Shown one piece after another: positions 47,764 through 57,586 of a stretch of 64,000 nt of DNA. Source of the stretch: Sandaracinaceae bacterium (GTDB lineage Bacteria; Myxococcota_A; Polyangia; Polyangiales; Sandaracinaceae); the NCBI GenBank assembly GCA_044220955.1, contig JBGAQA010000025.1, positions 19,762 to 83,761 on the forward strand, read 5' to 3'. The notes below the pieces were generated by a model that was not told the origin of the DNA, did not search any database, and saw nothing but the letters and a program-made list of their open reading frames with translations. Positions within the stretch are counted from its first letter, which is position 1; the number at the start of each line of letters is the position of its first letter. The translations under genes were made by a program, and so were the position numbers.

Positions 47764-49071
47764 ATGCGTCGCTGGCGAGGGCTGAAGTCGCTGGTGCACC
47801 AGGCGGTCGATCGCACGGTCGACCTGGTGGGTGAGGGGCACGAGTCGACGGCGCGCAACGTGATCCGCGTGACGGACGCCCTCCCCTCGGTGCGTGATCC
47901 GGCGCGGACGGTCGACGCGATCCGGCGCCTCGGCACCCGTGGCGTGCTCGGGACCATCAAGGTGGTCAATCGCGCGGTGGAGGTCGTGACCGACGCGGGG
48001 CTCGACGCCGTCGAGGCGCGCTCCGGCGGAGCCCCGAGCCCCACGCTCGTCCCGGCGGTGCCGATGCGCTCCGACGTGCTGAAGACGGCCGAGTGGATCG
48101 GCGATGCGGGCCTGGGGCTCGTGAACGCGGCGCTCGGAGATCACCTCCACGACGCCGACAACGGGCTCGATCTGGGGATGTTCTTCCGCGCGGGGGATCA
48201 CTACGTGCTCTCGCTCGACCGCGCGACGCTCGCCGAGGCGCTCCCTTCGGCGAGCCCCCGCGTCGTGCTCTTCGTGCACGGCCTCGGCACCACCGAGTGG
48301 TCGTGGTGCCTCGAGTCGGCCGCGTACCACGGCGATCCGAGGGCGAGCTTCGGCTCGCTCCTCGCCCGAGACCTCGGCATCACGCCCATCTGGCTCCGCT
48401 ACAACACGGGCCGCCACGTCTCGACCAACGGCCGAGCGCTCAGCCGTGCACTCGAGGACTTCGTCGATGGCTACCCCGTGCCCGTCGAGGAGCTGGTGCT
48501 GGTCGGCCACAGCATGGGCGGGCTCGTCGTGCGCAGCGCCTGCCACTACGCGAGCGAGCACGGGGCCCGCTGGCTCTCGCGCGTGCGACGCGTCATCTCG
48601 CTCGGCTCGCCGCACAAGGGCGCGCCGCTCGCCAAGCTCGGAGCGGTGCTCACCACGGTGCTGGGCGCGATCGATCTCCCGGGCACGCTCGTGGTCTCGC
48701 GCATCCTCGAGGGGCGCAGCGCGGGGATCAAGGATCTGCGCCACGGAGCGCTGGTCGACGAGGACTGGCTGGGCCGCGATCCCGACGCCCTCGACGCGAA
48801 GGGCGCCAGCGAGATCCCGCTCTTGCCGGGTGTCGCGTACTCGTTCGTGTCGGCGACCGTCACGCGCGACCCCGAGCACCCGCTCGGCCGCCTGATCGGC
48901 GACCTGCTCGTGCGCATCCCGAGCAGCGAGGGCCTCGCGGTCGAGAAGCGCGCGTTCGCGATCGAGACCGAGCGCTTCGGCGGCGTCATGCACCACCAGC
49001 TCCAGAACCACCCCGCGGTCTACGACGTCGTCCGCGCCGCCATCGAGCGGGGTCACTCCACGCCCCCCTAA
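47764..49071 (+). CDS. Alpha/beta-hydrolase (PGAP1/lipase-like)
   Basis: FVHGL, GHSMGG nucleophile elbow, LGSPHKGAP, GDLLV and a terminal His. Confidence 0.88.
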   Translation: MRRWRGLKSLVHQAVDRTVDLVGEGHESTARNVIRVTDALPSVRDPARTVDAIRRLGTRGVLGTIKVVNRAVEVVTDAGLDAVEARSGGAPSPTLVPAVPMRSDVLKTAEWIGDAGLGLVNAALGDHLHDADNGLDLGMFFRAGDHYVLSLDRATLAEALPSASPRVVLFVHGLGTTEWSWCLESAAYHGDPRASFGSLLARDLGITPIWLRYNTGRHVSTNGRALSRALEDFVDGYPVPVEELVLVGHSMGGLVVRSACHYASEHGARWLSRVRRVISLGSPHKGAPLAKLGAVLTTVLGAIDLPGTLVVSRILEGRSAGIKDLRHGALVDEDWLGRDPDALDAKGASEIPLLPGVAYSFVSATVTRDPEHPLGRLIGDLLVRIPSSEGLAVEKRAFAIETERFGGVMHHQLQNHPAVYDVVRAAIERGHSTPP

Positions 49072-49116
49072 CCCACCGGAATCACACCGCTCCTGCGGCC
49101 AGGTGCGCGATTCGTG

Positions 49117-50352
49117 TCAGGGCAAGCAGGCACGCAGGCGCGCGAAGCGGCCGCCGCTGGCCCAGCCGACGTCGCCGCCCGCGAGCGCGAGGAAGTCGTC
49201 CGCGCCCGCGAGCAGACCCGCGTCGATCGACTCGACGGTCCCGATCACGGCGCCCGACGCGTCGAGCCGGACGATGTGGCCCGAGCCGCCCTCGTTCCAC
49301 GCGGCGACGAGGCCGCCCTCGAACGGCGCGAGGTGCATGTCGCTCGCGTCCGCCGGGTCGCTCGAGAGCCAGATCGGCGCGGCCGCCCCGCCGGTGACGA
49401 GGGCGATCGCCGGATCCTGGGAGGCGCGGCCCTCCGCGCTCGTCCAGCCGACCCAGCTGCCCGCCGCCAGCGGCGCGACACCGCCGAGGCGCTGCGCTAC
49501 GTAGCCCATGCAGTTGCCCGAGGCGTCGAGGAACACCTGCGTGTCGTGGCTGTAGAAGACGCCCTTGCCCGGGTAGCAGTCGGCCGAGCACACGGGCGTC
49601 GGCTGCCCGCTCGCGTCGTGCGAGAGGCGCACGTCGATCGAGTGCGAGCACCCCCAGCTCCAGTAGGTCGACTCGGGCGCGCCGGCCGCCGTGAACGCGC
49701 GCAGCGTGTCTCCGTAGTGCGCGATGCCGTCGGGCCAGAGGCGCTGCACCGTCGAGTAGCTGAGCCAGCGCGAGCCCGTCCAGTCGAGACGGCCCGCGCG
49801 CAGCAGATCGCCGAACCACTCGTTGTTGGTCACTGCGTGATCGACCGCGCCCATCAGGCGCTCCTCGTGCGTGACCGTGCCCGCCACCGTCGTGAGCACC
49901 AGCAGGAGCTCGTCACCCCGCGAGACCAGCGCGCCGTCGGTGTCGTCGCTCGCGGCGACGCCCCAGAGACCATCGCCCGCGATCGTCACGGGCCCGCCGA
50001 ACGGGGCGCCTGCGCCGTCGATGCGCTGCAGCGTGATGCCGCCCGACGACCACCCGACGAGCGCACCGCCGGCGCTGGTGGGGAACGCGCGGGTGCTGCC
50101 GCCGGCGCCAGGGATCGTCGTCGTCGTGATCGAGCCGGCGAGCGTGGTCGCGCCGCACGGGCCCGCGTCGATCGGCGTCTCGTGGCCCGTGTCGACCGCG
50201 ACCGGACCGGTGTCGGTGCCGGGCGCGACGAACGCGTCGCGATCGACGAACGCGTCCATGCCGCCTCCCGCGTCGCGGCGCGAGGCGCCTCCGAGATCAC
50301 CGGTGCACCCGGCGACGCAGACACACGCGAGGCAGACGAAGAGGCGCACCAC
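49117..50352 (-). CDS. Hypothetical lipoprotein (probable beta-propeller)
   Basis: VAGC lipobox, DAG/DTG linker, beta-rich body with HYGD and WGCSHS motifs. Confidence 0.7.
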   Translation of the reverse strand: MVRLFVCLACVCVAGCTGDLGGASRRDAGGGMDAFVDRDAFVAPGTDTGPVAVDTGHETPIDAGPCGATTLAGSITTTTIPGAGGSTRAFPTSAGGALVGWSSGGITLQRIDGAGAPFGGPVTIAGDGLWGVAASDDTDGALVSRGDELLLVLTTVAGTVTHEERLMGAVDHAVTNNEWFGDLLRAGRLDWTGSRWLSYSTVQRLWPDGIAHYGDTLRAFTAAGAPESTYWSWGCSHSIDVRLSHDASGQPTPVCSADCYPGKGVFYSHDTQVFLDASGNCMGYVAQRLGGVAPLAAGSWVGWTSAEGRASQDPAIALVTGGAAAPIWLSSDPADASDMHLAPFEGGLVAAWNEGGSGHIVRLDASGAVIGTVESIDAGLLAGADDFLALAGGDVGWASGGRFARLRACLP

Positions 50353-50362
50353 CCGATCGAGA

Positions 50363-50752
50363 CTACACCGTCTCGCGCGACGCGAACGCGAGCACGTTGC
50401 CCGCCGGGTCGCGGACGATGATCTCGCGCGCGCCGTAGAACGTCGTCCGCTCCGGCACGACCCTCGGCCAGCCCGCGAGCGCCTCGCGGATCGGCGCGAG
50501 CGTGTCCACGTGCACGTAGAGCATCGCGCGGTACACGCCCTGCTCGAGGCCGGCCACGTCGGCGGCGATCGAGGCGCGGCTCTGCATCATCAGCTCGACG
50601 CCGCCCTTCCCGGGGCTGCCGTGCTCGAGGATGACGAAGCCGAGGTGGCCCTCGTGCGGAACCTCGACCTTCTTCACGAACCCGAGCTTCTCGTAGAAGG
50701 GCAGCGCGGCCTCGATGGAGTCGACGACGAGGTTGGTGGTGATCTGGTTCAT
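50363..50752 (-). CDS. VOC/glyoxalase-family protein
   Basis: FYEKLGF and FYGAREIIVRDPAGN; GGAG RBS. Confidence 0.9.
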   Translation of the reverse strand: MNQITTNLVVDSIEAALPFYEKLGFVKKVEVPHEGHLGFVILEHGSPGKGGVELMMQSRASIAADVAGLEQGVYRAMLYVHVDTLAPIREALAGWPRVVPERTTFYGAREIIVRDPAGNVLAFASRETV

Positions 50753-50838
50753 GGTCCCGCTCCTACCCCGCCGGACACGGACGTGATTGGAAAAAGCGAA
50801 AGCCTCGTTCGCGAGTGGGTCTCTGCGTCTGCCTGCCG

Positions 50839-52248
50839 TCAGGGGTCGACCCGCGCCAGCACGACGCCCTCGCCCAGGGTCGGGTCGAGCCAGGCGACGA
50901 CGGCGCCGCCCCCGTGCGAGACGAGCGCCCAGCTCTGGTGTCCCGAGGGCTGCGCATCGACCCGCAGCTCGGAGCCGAGCGGCGCGCCCGTCGGGCCCAG
51001 GCGGACCACGGCGACCCGCTCCGCGAAAGTGACCAGGCCCGAGTAGCCCGGCAGCAGGACGAGCGAGTCCTGCCCCGAGGCGCCGATCGGAGCGCGCGCG
51101 AAGTTCTCGCCGGGAGCGCCGAGCGCGACGGCCGGGCTCGTGGGCTGGCCTGCGTGGTCGAGGGCCTGCCAGAACATCGTCGGCGTGGACGTGAAGTCCG
51201 ACCAGGTGATGCGCGCCCCCGTCCCCGTCCAGGCGAGCTGTGGAGCCTCGGTCTCACCGTCACCGACGACGGTGGTTCGGGTCAGGCGTCCGTCCGCCTC
51301 GATCCGCGCGATGGCCACGTCGTTCTCCGCGCGGACCGCGGAGAGGAACCCGTCACCCACCCAGACCGTGCTGCCTCGCTCCGCCGGGAAGGACGGAGAG
51401 AAGAGCGGCGTCCGCGTGACCACGCCGCCCGCGCCGTCGAGCAGGATCGCCTCCACGCGGTCGAAGGTCCCGGCTACGAGCAGCGGCGGCCCGCCCGGCC
51501 TCGCGGCGAGGTCGAACGCAGCCACGCCGACGATCGGCGCCGGCGCTGCGCGCACGCTCCCGGCGGCGTCGAGCACGAACAGGTTCGTCCTCTCGCCCGT
51601 GCTGGCCGAGAGGAACCAGCCCGCGTCGGCCGAGGCGAGGAGCACCTCCGCCGCCTGGCCTCCGACGCAGGGCGGCTCGCCCACGACGCGCTCACCGACG
51701 AGGCCCAGGCTCTCGTCGACGCGCGCGAAGTGCAGCGTCGTGCCGTTCGTGACCCACGCGAGGGCCACGGTCCCGTCGGCCGCCGTCGCGAGCGCGAGGC
51801 TGCTCGCGCCCCCGTCGCTGCCGCCCGCCCGACGACAGGCCGCGATCCGAGGATCGTGGTTGCAGGGGTCGCAGCCGCGCACGGCGAACGTGCAGCCGGG
51901 CTCGCACGCGAGCGTCCCACCGCCGTAGCCGACGCTGGCGCACGTGGCGCCGCCGAGGTCGGAGCCGTCACAGGGCTCGGAGCGCGGGGTGCAGCACACG
52001 CCCGCGTCGCCGCACCGGTGGCACTCGGGACACGAGTCGGCGACCCCGTTGCCGCAGACCGCGGGCCCGGGCTCGCACACGGGCGCCGCCCTCACGCTGC
52101 ACGCGCTCGGTCCGGTGTCCGCGCGCGGCGCCGCGTCCAGCGACGAATCGATCTCCTGCCCGCCGTCCGCTCCGGGCTCGTGCGCGCCCGAGCAGGCGGC
52201 GAGCGCGAGAGCGAGCAGGGATGCCGTGCTGTGCCGTCTCGCGAACAC
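50839..52248 (-). CDS. Cys-rich lipoprotein with beta-repeat C-terminal region
   Basis: LAAC lipobox; CGNGV and EPCDGSDLGGATCASVGYGGGTLAC myxobacterial Cys motifs; repeated RVD/RLG-x-G units. Confidence 0.7.
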   Translation of the reverse strand: MFARRHSTASLLALALAACSGAHEPGADGGQEIDSSLDAAPRADTGPSACSVRAAPVCEPGPAVCGNGVADSCPECHRCGDAGVCCTPRSEPCDGSDLGGATCASVGYGGGTLACEPGCTFAVRGCDPCNHDPRIAACRRAGGSDGGASSLALATAADGTVALAWVTNGTTLHFARVDESLGLVGERVVGEPPCVGGQAAEVLLASADAGWFLSASTGERTNLFVLDAAGSVRAAPAPIVGVAAFDLAARPGGPPLLVAGTFDRVEAILLDGAGGVVTRTPLFSPSFPAERGSTVWVGDGFLSAVRAENDVAIARIEADGRLTRTTVVGDGETEAPQLAWTGTGARITWSDFTSTPTMFWQALDHAGQPTSPAVALGAPGENFARAPIGASGQDSLVLLPGYSGLVTFAERVAVVRLGPTGAPLGSELRVDAQPSGHQSWALVSHGGGAVVAWLDPTLGEGVVLARVDP

Positions 52249-52345
52249 CTCGCCGCCATAGCAACAAGGGAGCCAGCACACCCGTCCTGCGCGTTCTCGC
52301 GACGTGCACATCGACGCCGGCGGCGTCGGCGATCATGAACAACCC

Positions 52346-53158
52346 ATGCTCGTCCCCGTCCAGGTCGTCGATGCGTTCACCTCTCGTCCGTTCGGGGGCA
52401 ACCCAGCGGGCGTCGTCGTCAGCGACGGGCCGCTCGCGCCGGGGCTGATGAAGGCGATCGCCGCGGAGATGAAGCACTCGGAGACCGCGTTCGCGTGCCC
52501 GGAGGACGGCGCGGACGGGGGCGCGTGGTCGCTACGCTGGCTCACGCCCGTCGCCGAGGTCGACCTCTGCGGGCACGCGACGCTCGCGACCGCCCACGTG
52601 CTCTACGAGAGCGGCCGCGTCGCGCGCGCGCGCACCCTGCGCTTCGCGACGCGGAGCGGGATCCTCGAGGCGCGCTCCCTGCCGGACGAGCGCGTCGAGC
52701 TCGACTTCCCCGCGCTCCCGGTCCTACCGCCGACCAAGACGGTCGACCTCGCCGCGGCGCTCGGGGTCGAGATCGCCCAGACGTTCGAGACGCGCTTCGA
52801 CGTGCTCGCGCTCGCGCGCTCCGAGGGCGCGGTGCGCGCCGCCGCCCCGGACTTCCGTGCGCTCGGGTCCCTGCCCTACCGCGGGGTGATCCTCACCTCC
52901 CGCTGCGACGACGGGACGATCGACTTCGTGTCGCGCTTCTTCGCCCCGTCCGTCGGCGTGGACGAGGACCCCGTGACCGGCAGCGCGCACTGTGCGCTCG
53001 CCCCCTTCTGGGGAGCGCGCCTCGGCCGCGCGCGCATGCAGGGCGCGCAGGTCGGCCCACGCGGCGGCGTGGTCGAGGTCGAGACGCTCGGCGAGCGCGT
53101 GAAGCTGCGTGGAAGCGCCGTCACCGTGCTGCGTGGCGAGCTGATCGTTCCAGGATGA
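52346..53158 (+). CDS. PhzF-family isomerase/epimerase
   Basis: VDAF..FGGNPA, SETAF, EVDLCGHATLA and EDPVTGSAH. Confidence 0.93.
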   Translation: MLVPVQVVDAFTSRPFGGNPAGVVVSDGPLAPGLMKAIAAEMKHSETAFACPEDGADGGAWSLRWLTPVAEVDLCGHATLATAHVLYESGRVARARTLRFATRSGILEARSLPDERVELDFPALPVLPPTKTVDLAAALGVEIAQTFETRFDVLALARSEGAVRAAAPDFRALGSLPYRGVILTSRCDDGTIDFVSRFFAPSVGVDEDPVTGSAHCALAPFWGARLGRARMQGAQVGPRGGVVEVETLGERVKLRGSAVTVLRGELIVPG

Positions 53159-53169
53159 AGGAGGGCTCG

Positions 53170-53802
53170 ATGCTGACGATCGTGATCGGGAACAAGAACC
53201 GCTCCTCGTGGAGCATGCGTCCCTGGCTCGCACTGAAGAAGACCGGCGCGGCGTTCGACGAGGCGGTGATCCCCCTCGACGAGCCCACCACGAAGTCCCG
53301 GCTCGCGCGGGAGACGCCGCACGGCAAGGTGCCCGTCCTGCGCGACGGAGGCGTGACGGTGTGGGAGTCCATCGCCATCTGCGAGCGTCTCGCGGAGCGC
53401 TTCCCGGAGGCGAGGCTCTGGCCGGCCGATCCGGCGCTCCGCGCGCGCGCCCGCAGCGTCGCGGCCGAGATGCACGCAGGCTTCGCGGCGCTCCGCCGCG
53501 AGATGCCCTGCAACGTCACCCTGCGCACGACCAAGGCGCCGAGCCCCGAGGTCCTCGCCGACGTCGCGCGCCTGAGCGCGCTCTTCCGCGGGGAGCGCGC
53601 GCTCCGCGCCGCGGACGGCCCCTATCTCCACGGCAGCTGGTCCATCGCGGACGCGTTCTTCACGCCGGTCGCGACCCGCTTCAGGAGCTACGGCGTCGCC
53701 CTCGAGGACCCGAGCACACGGTCTTACTGCGAGGCGCTGCTGGCCGACCCGGCGTTCCTGGCCTGGGAGGCCGGCGCCGTCGCCGAGAACGACGGCGCCT
53801 GA
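53170..53802 (+). CDS. Glutathione S-transferase family protein
   Basis: GNKNRSSWSMRPW, GKVPVL, WESIAI, EMHAGF and SIADAF; GGAGG RBS. Confidence 0.92.
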   Translation: MLTIVIGNKNRSSWSMRPWLALKKTGAAFDEAVIPLDEPTTKSRLARETPHGKVPVLRDGGVTVWESIAICERLAERFPEARLWPADPALRARARSVAAEMHAGFAALRREMPCNVTLRTTKAPSPEVLADVARLSALFRGERALRAADGPYLHGSWSIADAFFTPVATRFRSYGVALEDPSTRSYCEALLADPAFLAWEAGAVAENDGA

Positions 53803-53850
53803 CAGATCCTTCCCTGCGCTGGCGCGTCGGAGCGAGCTGGAGGTTCCTCC

Positions 53851-55197
53851 ATGCGCTCACTCGTCACGGCGATCGCCGTGCTGTCGTGTCTCTCCGTCCT
53901 CTCGGCGCCCGCCCAGGCCCAGACCACGACCACGTGGATCGGCGGCGCGCCCATCCAGTCGACCGTGACCGTCGGGGCGCCGGGCGAGGCCTGGGTCGGC
54001 GTCTGGGTCGACGCCCCCGTCACGACCGCCACGGTGCGCGTGCGCGTGCCCATGGCGGTCTCGCTCGTCGTCGACACCTCGGGATCGATGGCCGGTCCGA
54101 AGATCGAGCACGCGCGGATGGCCGCTGCGGCGCTGATCGAGTCGCTGTCCGACGGCGACATCGTGTCGATCTACGGCTTCTCGACGGGCGTGACGGAGGT
54201 CGCGGCGCCGACGGTGCTCGACCCGATGTCGCGCCAGGTGCTGCTGCGCAACGTGAGCCACCTCGTCGCCGCGGGCGGAACGAACATGGAAGGAGGCCTC
54301 CGCGCGGGCATCTCGCGCATGGCGGCGGCGCCGCCCTCGCACGCCGTCCGGCGTGTCTTCGTGATCTCGGACGGCCAGGCCAACGTCGGCGTGACCGACC
54401 CGCGCATGCTCGGCTTCATGGCCGCCGGCGCGACCGAGTGGGGCACGCAGGTCACCGCGATCGGCGTCGGCTACGACTACGACCCCGTCACGCTCAACGC
54501 GCTGGCGGTGCAGAGCGCCGGGCGCATGCACCACCTCGGCTCGCCCGAGCAGATGGGCGCGATCCTCGAGGCCGAGCTGTCCTTCATGTCGCGCTCGGTC
54601 GCGCTGAGCGCCGTGCTCGAGGTGCGGCCTGCCGCGGGCGTGGTGATCCTCGACGCGGCGACGCTCGGCGCCGTCGTGACGGATGGGGTGCTCCGCCTTC
54701 CCCTCGGCGCGATCACCGCCGGCCAGCGGCGCGAGCTGCTCTTCCGCGTGCGCGTCCCGACGGCCGACGTGGGCCGGCGGACGCTGGCGACGGCGAGCCT
54801 CTCGTTCCAGACGCCGGACGGCGCGCCCGCCGCGCCACAGCGCGCGGAGCTGGCGATGGTCGTGAGCCGAGACGCGGTCGCGGCCACCGAGACGCCGCGC
54901 GTGGCCGCGATGGTCGCGCAGCACGAGGCCAGCGAGGCCGAGCGTGCCGCTGCGGCGCTGCTCGCCGAAGGGCGCCGCGAGGAGGCCGTCGCCCGGCTCG
55001 ACGCGGCCCGCGCCACCGTCAGCTCGACCTCGACCAGCTACTCGTTCGAGGACGCGGAGGTCTCGGGCGCCCTCGCGACGCGCCAGCGGGAGCTCGAGTC
55101 CGCGGCCTCGGCCGCGCGCGCCGCCTCCACGCCGACCGACATGCGGGAGCGCTCCTACGAGATCCAGGCCGCCCCCATGGCCGCCGACGGCTACTGA
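53851..55197 (+). CDS. Secreted von Willebrand factor A (VWA) domain protein
   Basis: Signal peptide (AQA); MIDAS DTSGSM, GGTN and ISDGQAN. Confidence 0.9.
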   Translation: MRSLVTAIAVLSCLSVLSAPAQAQTTTTWIGGAPIQSTVTVGAPGEAWVGVWVDAPVTTATVRVRVPMAVSLVVDTSGSMAGPKIEHARMAAAALIESLSDGDIVSIYGFSTGVTEVAAPTVLDPMSRQVLLRNVSHLVAAGGTNMEGGLRAGISRMAAAPPSHAVRRVFVISDGQANVGVTDPRMLGFMAAGATEWGTQVTAIGVGYDYDPVTLNALAVQSAGRMHHLGSPEQMGAILEAELSFMSRSVALSAVLEVRPAAGVVILDAATLGAVVTDGVLRLPLGAITAGQRRELLFRVRVPTADVGRRTLATASLSFQTPDGAPAAPQRAELAMVVSRDAVAATETPRVAAMVAQHEASEAERAAAALLAEGRREEAVARLDAARATVSSTSTSYSFEDAEVSGALATRQRELESAASAARAASTPTDMRERSYEIQAAPMAADGY

Positions 55198-55277
55198 AGC
55201 TCCAGCGCCCGGGGCGCAGGGCAGCCTCTCCGAGCCTTCGGAGACGCCCACATCCGATCGATCCGAGCGCAGACTGC

Positions 55278-56084
55278 TCAGAAGCGGATCACGAGCGCGA
55301 CGTTGGCCATGACGGCCGCGTTCCCCGTGATGTTGATCGGTCCGACCACGTTCACGCCGAAGCCGCCGCTCACGCCGCCGATGATGCGGAGCGCGAGCCA
55401 GTGCGTCGCCAGCCACGTGACGCCCGCGAGCAGCGTGGCGTTGCCCGTCACGACCTGGGTGGCGGCGACCGGCGCGCCGACCGGAGACTCGCTCCAGCCG
55501 GGCGTGAGCTGCACGCGCAGCGTGGGGACGGCAGCGCCCACGTGCGGAGGGTCGAAGTAGTACTGGAAGATCAGCGGCAGCGAGAAGCTGCTCGTCACGA
55601 ACTTCATGTCCGGGATGCCCGGCGAGGGCGTCGTGTGCTGCTCGCTGTAGGAGAACGCGATCCCGAGCCCGATCCAGGCCCGCGGATCGAGCGCGAAGAC
55701 GAGGTCGGCGTTGGCCACCAGCACCGGCGTCGTGGTGCCGGAGAAGCTGAGCAGGCCGTTGATCGTCAGCGCGAGCTCGACGGCCGGGTCGGGCGCGGGC
55801 GCCACTGCAGCCGGGTCGGCGGCGGGCGCCACGACCGTGGGCGTGGGCCTCGGCGCGCGACCCGTCTGCGCCGGTGGCGCCGGCACCGCGGTCCCTCCGT
55901 AGCCCGGAGGCGTCTCGGGCAGAGGCTCGGCGTCCGGGGGCGGAGCCTCGGGCGGCGCAGCCTCGACGCTCGCGTCCGCTTCGACCGCCGTAGCCGGCAC
56001 CTCGGGGCCCGCGTCCTGCGCCGCGCCCCTCGCGGGCAGACCACAGAGCACCCCGAGCGCGAGCACGACACGCCAGTTCCCCAT
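55278..56084 (-). CDS. Putative outer-membrane beta-barrel protein
   Basis: Signal peptide, Pro-rich linker, amphipathic strands, terminal ...ALVIRF. Confidence 0.6.
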   Translation of the reverse strand: MGNWRVVLALGVLCGLPARGAAQDAGPEVPATAVEADASVEAAPPEAPPPDAEPLPETPPGYGGTAVPAPPAQTGRAPRPTPTVVAPAADPAAVAPAPDPAVELALTINGLLSFSGTTTPVLVANADLVFALDPRAWIGLGIAFSYSEQHTTPSPGIPDMKFVTSSFSLPLIFQYYFDPPHVGAAVPTLRVQLTPGWSESPVGAPVAATQVVTGNATLLAGVTWLATHWLALRIIGGVSGGFGVNVVGPINITGNAAVMANVALVIRF

Positions 56085-56136
56085 GGCTCCGTATACCAAA
56101 CGCAGGGCCGCGCGCCGATCTGGTAGCTTTCGAGCC

Positions 56137-57579
56137 ATGGAAGCCAGCACGGTCGGTGCCATCGATCGCGTCACGCAGCTGCTCCCGACCGGTCGCCGGC
56201 GGGCGCGACGCGTGCGCGCAGATCACCTACCACCCGGGCTGGTCATGCATCCGTCGGCGCAGCTCGCTCTCTGGATGCTGCGGCCGATCGCGCTGCTCGA
56301 GCACTGCCGCGCCCGCTACGGCTCGACCTTCACGATGCAGCTGCCGGGCATGAGCCCGATCGTCAGCTTCGCGGACGAGACGTCCAACAAGGAGGTCTTC
56401 ACCGGCCCGCCCGAGGAGCTGCACGCGGGGCGCGCGAACGAGTCGCTGCGGCCCATCGTCGGCGGGCTCTCGCTGCTCTTGCTCGACGGCGAGCAACACC
56501 TGCGCGAGCGACGGCTGCTCCTGCCGCCGTTCCACGGCGCGCGGCTCCACGCGTACGGCGTCACGATCCAGCGCATCACGCGGGCCGAGATCGCGCGCTG
56601 GACGCTCGATCGTCCGGCCCCCGTCCAGCCGGGCACGCAGCACATCACGCTCGACGTGATCCTGCGAACCGTGTTCGGCGTCGACGACGGGGCAGACCTC
56701 GTCGCACTGCGCGCGGCGATCCTCGAGCTGCTCGACGGCGCCTCGCCCCTGACGATGGTCCCGGCGATGCAGATCGACCTCGGCCCGCGCTCGCCCTGGG
56801 GCCGCTTCGTCGCGCGGCGCACCCGCGTCGACGACCTGCTCTACCGGCTGATCGCGACGCGACGCCGGAAGATCGCCACGGCCCCGCCGAGCGCACCGGC
56901 CGGCGACGACATCCTCTCGCTGATGCTCCATGCCCGCTACGAGGACGGGACGAGCATGAGCGACCGCGCGCTGCGCGACGAGCTGATGACGCTGCTCGCG
57001 GCCGGCCACGAGACGAGCGCGACCGCGCTGGCGTGGGCGTTCACCTGCCTCGCGCGCAGCCCCGAGGCACAGGCGCGCGCCCACGAGGAGGTCGATCGCG
57101 TGCTCGGCGGCGGCGCGCCCGACGACGCGGTGACGAAGGCGGAGCTGCCCTACCTCGACGCGGTCATCAAGGAGACGATGCGGATCCATCCGGTCGTCTA
57201 CGCCGTCGGCCGCGTGCTCGAGCAGCCGCGCAAGATCGGCGGCTGGGACGTCCCGGCCAAGCACGCGGCGATCCTGTCCATCTACCTCACGCACCACGAC
57301 CCGACGCTCTGGCCGGATCCGGAGCGCTTCGATCCGGAGCGCTTCCTCGGCACCAAGACGGGGCCCGGGAACAAGGTGACGCCGTACACCTATTTCCCGT
57401 TCGGCGGCGGCGTGCGCCGCTGCATCGGGATGGCCTTCGCGCTCTACGAGATGCGCATCGTGCTCGCCGAGGCGCTCCGCAGGTTCCGCGTCGAGCCAGC
57501 CGGCGAGGTCCACGCGGTACGCCGCACCGTCACGATGGCGCCGAGCGGCGGCGGCACGGTGACGCTGCGGCGTCGGTGA
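56137..57579 (+). CDS. Cytochrome P450
   Basis: AGHETS I-helix, ETMR (ExxR), PERF and FGGGVRRCIG heme motif. Confidence 0.95.
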   Translation: MEASTVGAIDRVTQLLPTGRRRARRVRADHLPPGLVMHPSAQLALWMLRPIALLEHCRARYGSTFTMQLPGMSPIVSFADETSNKEVFTGPPEELHAGRANESLRPIVGGLSLLLLDGEQHLRERRLLLPPFHGARLHAYGVTIQRITRAEIARWTLDRPAPVQPGTQHITLDVILRTVFGVDDGADLVALRAAILELLDGASPLTMVPAMQIDLGPRSPWGRFVARRTRVDDLLYRLIATRRRKIATAPPSAPAGDDILSLMLHARYEDGTSMSDRALRDELMTLLAAGHETSATALAWAFTCLARSPEAQARAHEEVDRVLGGGAPDDAVTKAELPYLDAVIKETMRIHPVVYAVGRVLEQPRKIGGWDVPAKHAAILSIYLTHHDPTLWPDPERFDPERFLGTKTGPGNKVTPYTYFPFGGGVRRCIGMAFALYEMRIVLAEALRRFRVEPAGEVHAVRRTVTMAPSGGGTVTLRRR

Positions 57580-57586
57580 GCGGGCG

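Noticed and set aside
52346..53158. PhzF homologue as evidence of phenazine biosynthesis
   Set aside because: No other phz genes; lone PhzF-family genes are widespread.
53819..53835. TGGCGCG... possible sigma54 promoter upstream of the VWA gene
   Set aside because: GG-to-GC spacing is 9 rather than the required 10 nt.
56137..57579. P450 as part of the halogenase/PKS pathway or a sterol demethylase
   Set aside because: Monocistronic with no linked biosynthetic genes; family cannot be assigned by eye.
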